Shown here in pieces: positions 10,560 through 24,627 of a stretch of DNA of 64,000 nucleotides. The DNA is from Hemiscyllium ocellatum (lineage: Eukaryota): the NCBI RefSeq assembly GCF_020745735.1, contig NC_083417.1, positions 72,354,001 through 72,418,000 of the forward strand, given 5' to 3'. The notes beneath the pieces are model-generated. The model was given only the letters and a program-made list of their open reading frames with translations, was not told the origin of the DNA and ran no database searches. The first letter of the stretch is position 1, and each line of letters starts with the position of its first letter. The position numbers were made by a program, and so were the translations under genes.

Positions 10560-12980
10560 AAGGAATAATCACCTTCTTGTGATTGTGATATAGATGTCAA
10601 AATAGTCAGCGGGAAATTGAGAAACAAATTTGTAAGGGGATCGCTGATATACGTAAGAATAACAGGGTGGTTATGGTCAGGGATATTAACTTTCCAAACA
10701 TATATTAGGATTTCCATAGTGTTCAGGGTTGAGATGGAGAGGACTTTGTTAAGTGTGGGCAAGAAAATCCTCTGATTCCGTATTTGCATGTACCTACTGG
10801 AGAAGGTGCAAAACCTGATCTGCTCTTGGGATATAAGGCAGAGCAGGTGACTGACATCAAAAATTGTGGTGCTAGAAAAGCAAAGTCGGTCATACGTCTA
10901 TCAAGTTTCTCCTTTGGTCTGTTCATGTTCGTCATAATTAAAAGCCCTGTTAATTGCATCTCCTGAACATTTGCTATGTAAAAGTATTTCTTCACAATTT
11001 ATTGATAAATTTGCCAATAATGAGATGATAATTATGGACTACAGTTCATTATGCTCGAAGGGTCAACTCTCCTGCTCCTCGGATGCTGCCTGACTCGCTG
11101 TGATTTTCCAGCACCACACTATTCGACTGTGAGCTCCAGCATCTGCAGTTCTCACTTTCTGCGAGGTGGCTGAGGAGTCAATGGGTGAGCACTTTGGGGT
11201 CAGCGACCATAATTCTATTAGTTTTAAAATCGTGATGGAAAAGGATAGATCAGATTTAAAAGGTGAACCGCGTAATGGAATGAGGCAAGAATCTTCAACT
11301 TGGATTGGGGGCAGATGTTCACACGTAAAGAGATGGATGGAAAATGGGAAGCCTTCAAAAATGAGATAGCGAGTGTCTGGAGAAAGTGTATTCTTGTTAC
11401 AGTAAAAGATAAGGATAGAAGGTGTGGGGAATGCTGGATGACTAGAGAAATTGAGAACTTAGTTCAGAAACAGAAGGAAGTATAAGTCAGGTATACAGAA
11501 GAGAATCCTTAGAAGAGTACAAAGGCAGTAGCAGTATACTCAAGAGGAAAATAAGGAGAAAAAAAGGGGAAAAAAACAACTCAGGGTTGAAAAGAATCCA
11601 AAAGGTTACTATAAATACTTTAAGGACAAAAGGGTAACGAGAAGGAGAATCAAGCCTCACAAAGATCAGCAAGGCAGCCTTTGTGTGGAGCTGCAAGAGA
11701 TGGGAGAGATACTGAATGAGTATTTTACGTCAGTGTTTGCTGTGGAGAAGGACATGGAAGATACAGAATGTGGGGAAATAGATGATGACATCTTGAAAAA
11801 TAAACATATCACAGTCAAGAAGTGTCTTAAAACACATAAAGATGAATAAATACCCAGGACCTGATGAAGTGTACCCTAGAACTTTGTGAAAGAAAGTAGG
11901 GACTGCAGCTGCTGGAGATAAGAGTCGAGTGTTTGCTGCTGGAAAAGCACAGCAGGTCAGGCAGCATGCGAGGAGCAGAACAATCCTGATGAAGGGCTTA
12001 TGCTCGAAAAATCAGTTCTGCTCCTCGGATGCTGCCTGACCTGTTTTGGTTTTCCAGCACCACATTCTAGACCGAGAACACTATGGAAAGCTATGGAAGT
12101 GATTGCTGAGCCGTTAAATGAGATGTTTGCATCATCAATAGTCCCAGGTGAGTTGCCCGAAGACTCAAGATCGACTGACATGGTGCCACTATTTAAGAAA
12201 GGTGGTAAGGAAAAGCCAGGATCCTATAGACTGGTGAGCATGTCATCGGTGGTAGGCACGTAGTTGGAGGGATTCATGAGAATCAGGATTTACATGCATT
12301 TGGAAAGGCTAGGACTGTTTGGGGATAATCAGCAAGGCCTTGTGCATGAGGGGGAGATGGTGTACTCATGGGTTTTGCATTTTTTCTGGATGCAGGGGAA
12401 AGTACCTGGGGTTTGATGGTGGGGGTGGCGTGAGCCAAGGACTGTTGGAGGGACCGTTCCTTGCAGATGTCTGAGAAGCGTGGGGATGGGAAGATGCTCT
12501 TGGTGTTGGAGTCTATTTGGAGTTGGTGGAAGTGTTTGAGGCTCTGGTCAGACAACATTTTAGAATATTGTGAGCAGGTTCTGGTCCCCTCTCTGAAGAA
12601 AGATCTGCTGGCATTGGAGGGGAGCCCAGAAAAGGCTCACAAGACTTATACCAGGAATGAAGGGCATGTCATATGAGGAGTGGCTGAGGACTCAAAGTCT
12701 CTATTCATTGGTTTTCAGAAGTATGGGGGAACTCAGTGAAGCTGACAGAATATTGAGAGGTCTGGATAGAATGGACGTGGAGAAGATGTTTCCACTAGTA
12801 GGAGAGTCTATGACCCAAGGGCAAACACTTAGAATGAAGGGATGATCCTTCAGAGCTCTGATGAGGAGAAATGTTTTCAGTCAGAGGGTGGTGAATCTGT
12901 AGAGCATATTGCTACAGAAGGTTGAGGAAGCCAAGGCATTGGGTATCTTTAAGTCAGAGATGCTTAGGTTCTTGATGAGT
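10560..12980 (+). mobile_element. Degenerate CR1 ORF2 with nested Penelope fragments (~11050-11165, ~11905-12070, ~12350-12540)
   Basis: GEHFGVSDHNSISFKIVMEK, DMVPLFKKGGKEKPGSYRLVS and MSYEEWLRT motifs; nested ctgcag(a/c)tgctgg/ggatgctgcctgac terminal-repeat pieces. Confidence 0.8.
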
Positions 12981-13119
12981 GAGGAGGTCAAGGATTACAG
13001 GCATAATGAAGAAGAACTGGGTTGAGAAGCACATCCGGCATGATTGATCAGTGGAGCAAACACAGTGGGCTGAGTGGTCTAACTGCGCTTTTATATATTT
13101 GGTCTTACGGAGAAAGATT

Positions 13120-13235
13120 AGATGTGGGGGCAGAAGCCCTTCATCAGGAAGGGCTTTTCTGATGAAGGGATTTTGCCCAAAATGTCGATTTCACTGCACT
13201 TTGGATGCTGCCTGAACTGCTGTGCTCTTCCAGCA
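13120..13235. mobile_element. Fold-back Penelope terminal-repeat fragment
   Basis: gcccttcatcagg...ctgatgaaggg inverted pair, then ggatgctgcctgaactgctgtgctcttccagcacc. Confidence 0.75.
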
Positions 13236-13659
13236 CCACTGATCCAGAATGTAGTTAGGGATGACCTAATTTTAAGGAGACCAGAATGTAGAATTGGTTT
13301 GTGAGGAAATATATCTTTTGGGAATTGGCCTTTCAATATCACTAGGACATACAAAAAGTAAACATGAAAACAAATTGTGTGTTTGTGTGAAAGGGACAAC
13401 CATAATTATTCAAGTTGCAACAAAGTTAGTGGTAATTGTGGACACATTGAGCAGTTCACAGAATTATTTTGAGATTGTTTCTTAAAAATGTATGTTATGT
13501 GACTGACCATGTTATATTTTTTTACAATACTTGGTATTATGCATTCCCATAGGATTAATTAATGGCCTTAGATTAAAGGTTACACTGAGCAAGCTGAGAT
13601 TATAATTCAATTGATTTTGAAATCATTAATCTCTCCTTGCTATACTCCAAATTCTCCAC

Positions 13660-14830
13660 CTACTTCAAGAAGATAACCATCATCCCAGTACCAAAGAAAA
13701 CATGCAGCATGCCTTAATGACTACTGCCCAGTGTCTGCAACGTCAGTAATCAAGTGCTTCAAGATCCTGATTATGGCCCACTTCAACTCTAGCCTCCCAG
13801 CCTGCTTGGATTCCTGAAATTTGCCTACCAGTGAAGCAGATCCATGGCGGGTGCCATGTTCCTTGACCTACACTCCCCCCTGTAACATCTGGATAACAAG
13901 GACACTTATGTCAGGCTCCGATCATCAACCACAAGCTCAACACAACACAATAATCCTCACCAGACTCATCTCAAAACTCTGAGACCCAAGTCTTGGCTCC
14001 ACTCTCCGCAGCTGGATCCTCAGTTTCCGGAGCCACAGATATCAATCAGTGAGGTTTGACAACAGCACTGCCTTCATGAAATGCTTAACACTGATGCCCC
14101 ACAAGGATGCATTCTCAGCGCTTTAGTGTACTCCTAGTACACCCACCACCGCAGAGCCAAATTCCCTATGAACGTCATCGACACATGTGCTGATAACATC
14201 ACCATAGTAGAATGGATATTAAACAGATGAATCAGAGTATAGGAAGGACATTGAATGTTTTGTGTCTTGGTGCAATAATATCGATCTCACTCTTAATGTC
14301 AGCAAAACAAAACAGTGGATCATTGACTTCGGGAAGAAAGGAGGAGGACACGCCCCTATCTCTATCAATGGAGATGAGGCAGAGAGGGTCGAAGGCGTCA
14401 AGTTCCTGGTAGTGAGGTGGGCCAAAAATTTGTTCTGGATCTCCCATATTAACGAGATGATCAAGAAGGCACAATAACTACTCATCATCCTTATGCAGAT
14501 TAGGAAATTCAGCATGTCCATAAGGATCCTTACCAAGATTTTACAGATACACCATGGAAAGCCTTCTACATGGGTGCATAACAGTAACTGTCCCACACAG
14601 AACCATAAGAAACTGCAGAAAGGTATGTGCCATAAGGAAACAAACCTCCCATCAATGGATTTCACTTTTCAATGGCACTCAAAGACTGACAGCCTCTACA
14701 AAGACCCTCCTGCCCTGTTAATGCTGTTTTCCAACCAGATACAGGAGCCTGAACAGATACATCAGCAGATTAAAGCACATCTTCTTCCGTGCTATTATTA
14801 GCGTGCTGAATGGACCTCTTTAACTTCAAA
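13660..14830 (+). mobile_element. Degenerate Rex1/Babar-type LINE RT fragment
   Basis: atcccagtaccaaagaaa (IPVPKK), cttaatgactactgcccagtg (LNDY.PV) and LTLNVSKTKQWIIDFGKK: a pattern distinct from CR1 and typical of Rex/Babar. Confidence 0.65.
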
Positions 14831-15234
14831 AGGTATTGATCTTACTAATGTAAACCTTATGCCTGAAACGTTAATTCTCCTGTTCCTCAGATGCTGCCTG
14901 ACCTGCTGTGCAGTTTCAGCATCACACTCTCAGCTCATGTTAATCTTGCTTTGTGCACTTCCTATGCAGTTGTAACCTTGTATACCTCATTCTGTCTAAG
15001 CACCGTATGATCTGCCTGTACTATTCGCAATTAGAAGCTTCGGTACGTGTGACTACTTTAAATCAAATCAAATGGAATAAAGTCAGTTTGAAACTGAAAA
15101 GGCTTCGTCCAAGACTGGTCCTGTTTGCGTTAAAAAGGCCAAATGTACGAGCAGAAAAGCTGAGCTAGTTGAAGTGAATTTGGATTTTAGGCAACAGGCC
15201 TACTTTGTGGAGAATAATTTACCATTATATCAGT

Positions 15235-15740
15235 AGTTCTAGAGTCACACAACACACTTAGAGACCCTTCAGTCCAACTAGCCATGCCGAACATAATCCC
15301 AAACTAATCTAGGCCCAACTGCCTGCTGTTGGTCCATATCCCTACAAATCTTTCATCTTCGTGTTCTTATCTAAGTGTCTTTAAAGTGTTGGAACTGTGC
15401 CTGCATCTATCATTTCATCAGGAAGTTCATTCCACAAGTGAATCACCTTCTGTGTAAAAAAAAATGCCCTTCTTTATCTTTTTTTTAAATCTCTCTCCTG
15501 TCACTTTAAAAATATGCCCCTTGTCTTGACCTGCACCATTGTTGGGAAAAGACCTCCACCATGAACTCCATCCACACCTCTCATGATTTTATAAACCACT
15601 GGAAGGTCACCTGTGAACCTTTTACATTCCAGCTGAAAACATGCCAGCCTATCCAGCCTTTCATTATAACTCAAAACTTCCATACTCAGGAGCATCCTGG
15701 TAAATCTCTTCTGAACCCACTCTATTTTAATATTATCCTT
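15235..15740 (-). mobile_element. CR1 3' fragment
   Basis: ORF 15501..15695 SYNERLDRLACFQLECKRFTGDLPVVYKIM. Confidence 0.8.
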
Positions 15741-17149
15741 CCCATAATATTCAGAATAAATTAATTATTACCATGAATAAAATTTCAAGGAGTCAACCCT
15801 GTATCAATGCTTTATTAAATAATTCACAAGAGTTTCAATCTTTCGGTAATAATCATTAAATTGCACAAACATTCCTGGAAGATGAGAAGACCGGTCAGAA
15901 TAATAACAGCAGTCTTAAACCTCAATCAGATCAAATAAAGCAGACCATGTGATGACGCTGGCTATAAATAAATTAACAGCGAGCAAGAGTTTATGTCGCC
16001 AAAGAAAAGGAAAGCAATGGAAGTAAAATGATTATTATTCCTCTCAGAGTTGATAGTGGGATGGTATAGAATATAACAAGGAAATGGTGGATACAATCAA
16101 GAAATGTTGTGCTTTTTTTCATCACTGTAGATGATAGAAATGATTACAGCAATACCTGTGACGAGAGGAACTTGATTATATCATAATCACTTGAATGAAA
16201 TAGCTATTTATTGCCACTTTATGAAAACATACTGATATATCTATAAGTCATCACAATTTGGTGCCATTTTTATTACACAACTTATAAAAAGAAATAATGG
16301 GGACAAAGTTAGAATAAAGTTCATCTTTTGTACTCTCCATGGCAATCTGGGTTTTTGGAGTAGCTACAGGATGTCACCACTGAAGTTGCCCCAGAGGCCT
16401 CCAAAGCAAGGATTTCTGGAATGGAGCCATTGGAATTACTAAGGAATAATCCGAAGGATTTCATCCCAGGATGTTAAGAGATAGATATATGACTTTGTAT
16501 TCATTTCCCATAATTCAATAGATTCTGCAGAGGTTCAATCAGACTGAAAAGTAACAAATATAAAAACGCAAGATAATCAAAACTAGTTTTCAGTTTAATG
16601 AAAATAAATCATGTTTAACCACATTATTGTAATTCTTTGAAGAAAAGAAATATGATGCAAATAAAGCAGACTTCATGTTTGGACTTCTACACTGGCATTT
16701 GACAAGGTTTCACAGAAAAGGAAATCATGTCATAACAGGGAAGCATACTCTGACGATAAGAGAACTGGCATGCTAGCAGCAAGCAATGTGCATAATTGGG
16801 CCTTATTCAGATTGGCTGAATGTGAGGAGTGAGATCCCACAGGATCGGTACTGGCCTTTCTAAAATTTACAATCAGCATCAAAGAGTAAAAAGTGAGGTC
16901 TGCAGATGCTGGAGGTCAGAGCTGAAAATGTGTTGCTGGTTAAAGCACAGCAGGTCAGGCAGCAGCCAAGGAACAGGAAATTCGTCGTTTCGGGCCAGAG
17001 CCCTTCATCAGGAATCGGTGTCAAAGTATCAGATTGGTGAATCAGAGGCATGGTAGTTATATTTGCAGAAGACATATAGATGTGTAGAATAGTAAATAAG
17101 GAATATGGCATAACAAGGATACAGACCAACATAAACATTTTAAGCGTCA

Positions 17150-18225
17150 CAGAGTCATAGAGCTGTACAACACAGAAACAGACCCTTCGGTCTAGCCTGT
17201 CTGTACTCGCCTGGCCTCCCAGCCAGAACTGTTCCCATTTCCCTACATTTGGCTCATATCACTTTAAACCTTACTTATTCATAGTCCTGCACAGATATCC
17301 TTCTAATATTCTCCTTTACCTCTTCTCTCGCTGTTCATTCCACCTACAAACCACAAAAAGTTGCCCCTCAGATCCATTTTCAATCTTTCTCGTTTCAGCT
17401 TAAAATTATGGTCTGTAGTTTTGAACCCCCGGGAGAAAAAACCTTTGCTATTCACCTTATCAATGCCCTTCATAATTCTATAGACTTCTATAAGATCACC
17501 ACTTAACTTCCCCAGGAAAAGAAAAACAGACTATCAAGCCTGCCGTTATAACTCAAACCGTCTAGTCTCACTAACATCCTTGTAAATCTTTTTGGCACGC
17601 TTTCCAGTTTACTAATATCTTCCCTATATCAACGAAACTAAAACTATACACAGTACTATAAAAGTGACCTCACAATGTCCTGAACAGGCACAACATGATG
17701 TCCCAACTCCTACACTCTTCCTCTGACTGACAAAACCAAATGTCCCAAAGCCTCCTTCACCACCCTGTCTGCTTGTGACACCACTTTCAAGAAACTATGC
17801 ACTTGAGCCCCACCGTCCCTCCACTTGACAACACTCCCAGGGCTCTTCCATTAACTGTGTAAGTCATGCTTAAGTTCATCTTACCAAAACGCACTACATC
17901 ACATCTATCTGAAGTAAACTCCACTGCCACCCCTAGATTCATTAGCCAATTGATGAAGATCTCATTGTCGTCTTAGATAACCTTTTTCATTGTCCACTAT
18001 GCCACCAATTGTGGTGTCATCCTCAAGGTTACTAACCATATTTCTTATATTCTCATCCAAATTGTTTATGTAAATGACAAAGACAGTAGACGCAACACCT
18101 ATCTCTGCAGAACATGACTGGTCACAGGCCTACAGTCCAGAAAAAAAAACAGTCCGTCATCACCCTCTATCTCCTACCAACAACCAATGTTGTATCCAAT
18201 TGGCAATATCTCCCTGGTCTGCGCT
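17150..18225 (-). mobile_element. Degenerate CR1 3' portion
   Basis: cacagagtcatagagctgtacaacacagaaacagacccttcgg tail, followed by RT-derived sequence. Confidence 0.75.
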
Positions 18226-19329
18226 TTAAGTAAAGTTTGATGGCAAAACCTGCACATTGCCTTTCATCCTCTGACTTACCATATTTTTTTTCAGAAGGGT
18301 CTGTTTGTTTTATCATTTTGATCTTTGTGCCATTTGCAAAGTTATGTTAAATTCTCTCACATTTAATTTGGTCAGGCGTATGGATAATAGTTGAGATGGA
18401 AGAACAGTACCACCACCATATGACTGCTCGTGTCCTGTCTACTAGAGCGCTTGCTCTGCCTTAATTTTCTATTTCTAAACCTTTAGGCAATTTCAGAGCC
18501 AGGGATGATAATGGTGTAAAATTCAAATGGTCCATCTCAAACGGACTTAAAAAAAACAGAAAACAACAAATGCTGGAGATCACAGTTGGTCAGACCACCT
18601 CGTTGGAGAGACAGCAAGCTAATGATTCAACTCTAGATGTCTCTTCAATAGAACTTCTGTGAATTGAGCCCAAGTCCCTGGCGCTGTGAGGCAGCAGTAT
18701 TAACCACTGCCACTGTGCTGCCTTATTTATTATCCTTGTTTATTAATCCCTGATGACTATGTCCCCACCTTCTAGCTATTCCTGGCTGTTGCTCCAAGGA
18801 AGTGCCCTGTGAAGACTAATCTCTGTTAACTCGTCATGCAATGCGAACATACGTTTTATCAATACATCTTTTGTGGCACTTTATACACAGGGAAACTTAT
18901 TTGATAGCATGCCAAAGAGTTGCAAAACTATGGAAGTGCCACTCATAACACTTTAAGCTGAATTAGCTGATCTGCCCCAATTGGGAATGGAGGTAATTGG
19001 AGTGGGCCTGAAAATACAGGCACCAGCCGTTACGTCAAATTCAGGATTCCTCTTCCAAGGGGAGTGGGGTAGTAACACTGTTCTCCTCACTGAATGCAAA
19101 TAAAGTATTTAAAATTAAAAGGTGAAATGAAGTGGATGTTGAAAATCTGGAAAAAAAAAGAAAGTTCTGAAGAGGTTCATCAGGTCTGGCAGCATCTGTG
19201 GATACAGAAACAGAGTTGATGTTCTGAGTCTGGGATGAGTTCTTTAAAATACAAAACTGAAACACAAGTGCACAATGTTGCAGATTCAATTTTAATAATA
19301 ACGCAAACAGATTTTTACACATGATGCCT

Positions 19330-20090
19330 TTTATGGAGTGCTGTGTCCAGTTATGGTCACCCTCTTATAGGAAAAATATTATTAAGATGGAAAGGATTTA
19401 GAAGAGATCTGCTAGGATGTTGCCAGGAACATCCTGGTTTGTATTATAAAGAGAGGTTAGATAGGCTGGCATTTTTTTTAACTGGAGAACAGCAGGTTGA
19501 GAGGTGACCTTATCGATATTTTGAAAGTAATGAGAGGCATAGATGGGGTGACTGTTAGGTGTCTTTTGTCTAGATTAGAATGGTACTCGAAAAGCACAGG
19601 AGGTCAAGCAGCATTTGACGAGCAGCAAAATCAATGTTTTGGGCAAAAGCCCTTCATCAGGAATGAGAGCTTTTGCCTGAAATGTTGATTTTTCCTGCTC
19701 CTCGGATGCTGTACTTTTCTGACACCACTCTAATCTAGATTCTGATCTCCAGCATCTGCAGTCCTCATTTTCACCAGGCACGTGTCTTTTCCATTGTGTG
19801 GGGAATTTCAAGATTAGCAGTACATTTTTAAGATGATAGGAGAAAGATTTCAAACAGACATGAGTGACAATGTTTTTACACAGAGAGCGTGTGAAATGAA
19901 TTTCCAGAGAAAGTGATAGATGTGGGCACATGTAAATGACATTGAGCTAAGTACCTTTACATGAATAAGAAATGTTTGGTGGGATATGAGCCAAGTGCAG
20001 GCATGTGAGACGAGTCTAGATTAAGCATGGACTGGTTGGACCAAAAGATCTGTTTCCGTGTTGCTTCACTCAATGACTCTGCGTCTCTAT
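19330..20090 (+). mobile_element. CR1 3' fragment with nested fold-back Penelope repeat (~19570-19775)
   Basis: RGDLIDILKVMRGIDG; inserted gggcaaaagcccttcatcagg / ggatgctg palindrome. Confidence 0.8.
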
Positions 20091-20834
20091 GACATACTCA
20101 TGATGATCCTTCACTGTCTGAAGTAATTTAGTCAAAGTATTCAAAACACAATATTCTTCATTGTAGATGCTAGTATTTAACAGGCAACTGTTTTATCATT
20201 TCATAGAATGCACATTTCAAATGTTTTAGCAAGTGGACTAAGGCATTGATGCATTTGATCTATTGCAGACATTTATTAACTGTAAAAAAAATGATGAAAA
20301 TATTCAAGTGTTTGAGGGATTGCCCTTTCATGCCTTTCACTTGTATCATTGCCCTTCGAAGCTATGATGGTACATTGTTCCAGACCATTCTACATTTTCT
20401 AATGTAAGTAAAACATGTTTAAGATTTTTATTCACATTGCCAACAGTGGTTCGAGTGGAAGGGATTATGTGAAGACATCTTCAACACATTTCTGACATCT
20501 CAATCAGTCCACGGATTATTTTTTCTGTATTATTCTGTCGTTGTATTTACATGATTGGTCAGCTCTTTGATTGTCTAAGATTGTGTTTCCACTTTGTAAA
20601 TAGACGTCTTGCTACTTCTGAGTCAACAAAGACTCTGTGTTGCAATGCAAACTTTGATCTTTAATGCTTCCGACTGATATGATCTCATTTTACCAAAACA
20701 AATATATTTGCCACTTTTATTACAAAGTATTTTCTCATTATTTCGCAGTGCAGTGAATCGCACCTACATCTAGAATATCAGTTGTGGTTTAGATGTTTTT
20801 GGTTCACAACATTTTGTGTAAATTACCTACATGG

Positions 20835-21305
20835 AAAATAGAAGAGTACAGCACAGTACAGGCCCTTTTGTCCTCAATGTTGTGCTAACCTTTTATCCAA
20901 ATCTATGATCAAACTAACCTACATACCCTTCATTTTACCATCATCATGTGCCTATCCAAGAGTTGCTTAAATGACCCTAATATATCTGACACTACTACCA
21001 TTGCCGGCAATGCATTCCACGCACCCACCACTCTCTGTGTAAAGATTCTAACTCTGACATCCCTCTTAAAGCTTCCTCCAATCACCTTGAAATTATGCCC
21101 CTCATGATAGCCATTTCCATTCTGAGAAAAAGACTCTGGCTATCCAATCTACCTATGCCTCTCATCATCTTGGACACCTCTGTCAAGTTATCTCGCATCC
21201 TTCATCGCTCCAATGAGCAAAGCCCGAGCTTCCTCAACCTTTCTTTGTAAGACATGTCTTCCAGTCCAAGCAGCATTCTGTAAATTTCCTCTGCACCCTC
21301 TCTCA
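20835..21305 (-). mobile_element. CR1 3' fragment
   Basis: EEIYRMLLGLEDMSYKERLRKLGLCSLER; atagaagagtacagcacagtacaggccc tail. Confidence 0.8.
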
Positions 21306-21789
21306 TGTTTCCTATAATGAGACGACCTAAACTGAACATAATATGAACTCTGACGAGTAAAACTGAAATGAACTTTCTCATGTTACCCAAGCACAGTTAA
21401 CGATTCATGATTAGATGTGACAAACTATAAACTGTGTAAATTCAACAATCTATTGTGAAAGAATAGCCAATGGTGGTATGACCGAGGGAGCTGTGATTGA
21501 GGAATGTATAGGAAAGTAGGCAGCAAGAGAGAGAGAGACCATCAATAGCCCTTAGAGGAGAGTGATTTGAGTGACATGAAGTTCGAAGACACAAAGTGAC
21601 ATAAATAAACACTGAGGGAACACAGGGCAGATTATTAAATCGAGGGAAATGAGGTTGTGTTGGGTATAGAAGACTGTGAGCTAACAGTGATCCAAATAGA
21701 GTTTGCACAGATAACAAGGTTTTAAATGCTGGAGGGCATCGGGGTGGCAGAAGCTGAAAGAAAGCTTTATCTTTTTAATGGTGTAACAT

Positions 21790-22097
21790 GGGCGGCACGG
21801 TGGCACAGTGGTTAGCACTGCTGCCTCACAGTGCCTGAGACCCGGGTTCAATTCCCGACTCGGGCGACTGACTGTGTGGAGTTTGCACATTCTCCCCGTG
21901 TCTGCGTGGGTTTCCTTCGGGTGCTCCGGTTTCCTCCCACATTCCAAAGATGTGCGGGTCAGGTGAATTGGCCATGCTAAATTGCCCGTAGTGTTAGGTA
22001 AGGGGTATGGATGCGTTGCGCTTCGGCGGGTCGGTGTGGACTTGTTGGCCCGAAGGGCCTGTTTCCACACTGTAAGTAATCTGATCTAATCTAATCT
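21790..22097 (+). mobile_element. Full-length HE1-type tRNA-derived SINE
   Basis: Pol III A box TGGCACAGTGG and B box GGTTCAATTCC. Tail ggcccgaagggcctgtttccacactgtaag(taatc)n resembles the CR1 3' end. Confidence 0.95.
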
Positions 22098-22414
22098 GTG
22101 CGACAAGACTTCCGTGTAATTTAGGTTGTAGTTTGTTTAAAAGGGTAGAGAAGACCTTGGCTTGAACAGAGATGATGCCTTATGTCGTGGCAGAATGAGA
22201 TTTCAGATATTAATGAAGACAGATGCATGCTATTTGTGGCAGCAAAATGCACATAAATAACTTGAAAGCGAGGCATTGGAAGACTCTTGAGCTCAGCAAT
22301 GAATCTGCGAAATTAGGTTGTAAGCAACCAGCTCCATATGGTGTAAAACAGAAGGTGCTCATAAAACCCAGCAGGATGAGCAGCATCTGCAGAGGGAGAA
22401 TCAGAATTAATGTT

Positions 22415-22920
22415 TTGGTTCTAACAGGAAAGAAGCATTGGTCTTGGAGAGTGTCCAGAGGAAGTTCATGAAAATGATCCCAGGAATGAAATGCTTAACA
22501 CATGAGGAATGTTTGAGGACGCTGGGACTATATTCAATAGAGTACAGAAAGATGAGGGGGATCGGATTGAAATACTGGACAAAGGTGGACGTTGGATAAA
22601 ATGTTTCCATTGGCAGGATAGACGAGGAACTGAAGGCACAGACATTGAATGAAGAGAAGACCTTTTAGAATAGAGATGAAGAGAATCTTCTTTAACCAGA
22701 GAGTGGGGAATTTGTGGAATTTATTGCCACAGAAGGTATGCGTAGGCTAGGTTGTCGAGTACGTTCAAAACAGAGTACTTGATTGCCAAGGGGATCAATG
22801 GTTATGGAAAGAAAGCGGGAAAACGGGGTTGAAAAACCTATCAGTCATGATTGAATGGAAGAGCAGACTGGACAGGCCGAATGGCTTAATTTCTGCTACG
22901 TGTCTCATGGTCTTATGGAC
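22415..22920 (+). mobile_element. CR1 3' fragment
   Basis: gtccagaggaagttcatgaaaatgatcccagg ... atggtcttatgg tail. Confidence 0.75.
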
Positions 22921-24627
22921 TCTTCTGCCGGAACGCTTGATATAATCCTGGGCTAGACCCTGTTTAGAATGGAAAAATGCGTTCTCCCAGTTCTCCCAGT
23001 ACTCCCAGTACTGGCACGCAGAGAGATGTCTGAAAATGAAACCACCTTAGGCAGAACACACATCGGCAGACAAACGGATACAAGTGGAAGAATCCACCTG
23101 TTAAACGATCTGAATAAACGGGGGAAAGATCCATGCACTGACATAAAAGACATATACAGAAAACAGACATTGTGTACATACACGAGACTTGTACAGGCAG
23201 GCACAATTAAATCAAGGAAAAAAATACACACACATAAAAGCTTATTGTGGATGACAAATGAAACGAACACGAGCAGGTCGTATATTCATCAATGTAAGAA
23301 AGAAGTATTACTTTGCAAGTCCAGCGAAATAATCGCTTTTGTAAATCCAGAACACCATCTCCCAAACACTCACAGGACTATCATTCAGCTCATGGCAGCA
23401 CCATAACCAATTCCGCTCTCACCCGTTAGCCAGGATCACTATAAACAAGTTGCGAGCATTGTATTAACTTATCATCAGAAACTCTAGGAGCAGGACCTTC
23501 ACACCTTAATGAACAAGATTATCTCAGTGGCACCTTCAAGTTTTTGTTAAAGGGATCATTCAGTCATCAGCAGCATTCTGTTGACCAACACACAATTGAA
23601 CAGTGAGAGATGCTGAGAACAGTATATTTTAAGCAGCAAGTGTTTCAGATTGATAATGAGCTCTTTCGTGAATACCTGCAGCACTTTTATTCGAGGGTCT
23701 CCCGAAACAGAATGGGTGAGTTATCTGGAGAGAGAACAGTGTGGCACCAGAAGTGGAGCTCATTGTCGCAGAGGGCTGTGGAGACCAAGTCAGTATGTGC
23801 TTTTCACCCAGAGGGAGATGAGGTTTCTGATTGATAAGATCTTGGCTTATGGGGTGAAGGCAGGAGAATCGGGGAGAGAGGCACATCAGCTCTGACCAAA
23901 CTGCAGAGCAGACTCGATGGACCAAAAGCCAAATACTGCTCCGATATCTTATGGTCTAACATGGAAAATACATGCAAGTGGGACTCATTGAGTTACTCTG
24001 CAGACATTCCGAATGGTCACCAGCCGAATTCCCAACTGTGTGCTGCAACCATTCCATCCTTGTTTCATTATGATATATCCCAACTCGCAACAACCAGTCT
24101 CTGGCGGTCACACACAAGCATCAGTCACGGTGTCAGGTCATCAGCATTGGTTTCACCCAGGCGTCAGCAATAGCATTGACCAGTCACAAGTAGCATTATT
24201 AAACCAGTCGAAGAGAGACAGTCAATGCCACGCCAGAGTTCAGTTTACAGCAAAAAATGCTTTGCGGTTCAACAGAACAGATAGTCCTGAGCAAACTTAC
24301 AGATTCTTCATCAGTGCAACCTGAGCTAATCCTCCCACGCACAAGCAACATATTGTTCATTCACACCCCAACTTCAATGGCACCCATCATCACCCAGTAG
24401 CGATCGGGTATAACAAGTTCTCAGCCACATTCTGTTACAGCCAGAAGCATTACTCACTTACCAGCAGGAAGTCTGAACTATCACAGAGAGTATCGATTTT
24501 CCAGCGAAGTAGAACCTATAGTCACACGCCATCAGAAACGATATCCAGCCACTAGCCAACAGCATCGTCCAGATGCCAGCAATTAAATGCTGTCATGGGT
24601 AAGATCACTTACCTATCAGGAACATTA

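Noticed and set aside
21790-21865. tRNA gene
   Set aside because: The A/B boxes belong to the SINE head; there is no cloverleaf or acceptor stem, and it continues into the SINE body.
22953-23406. Overlapping ORFs of 105-145 aa as a host gene
   Set aside because: No recognisable domain; low-complexity (CA/TG-rich) composition explains the open frames.
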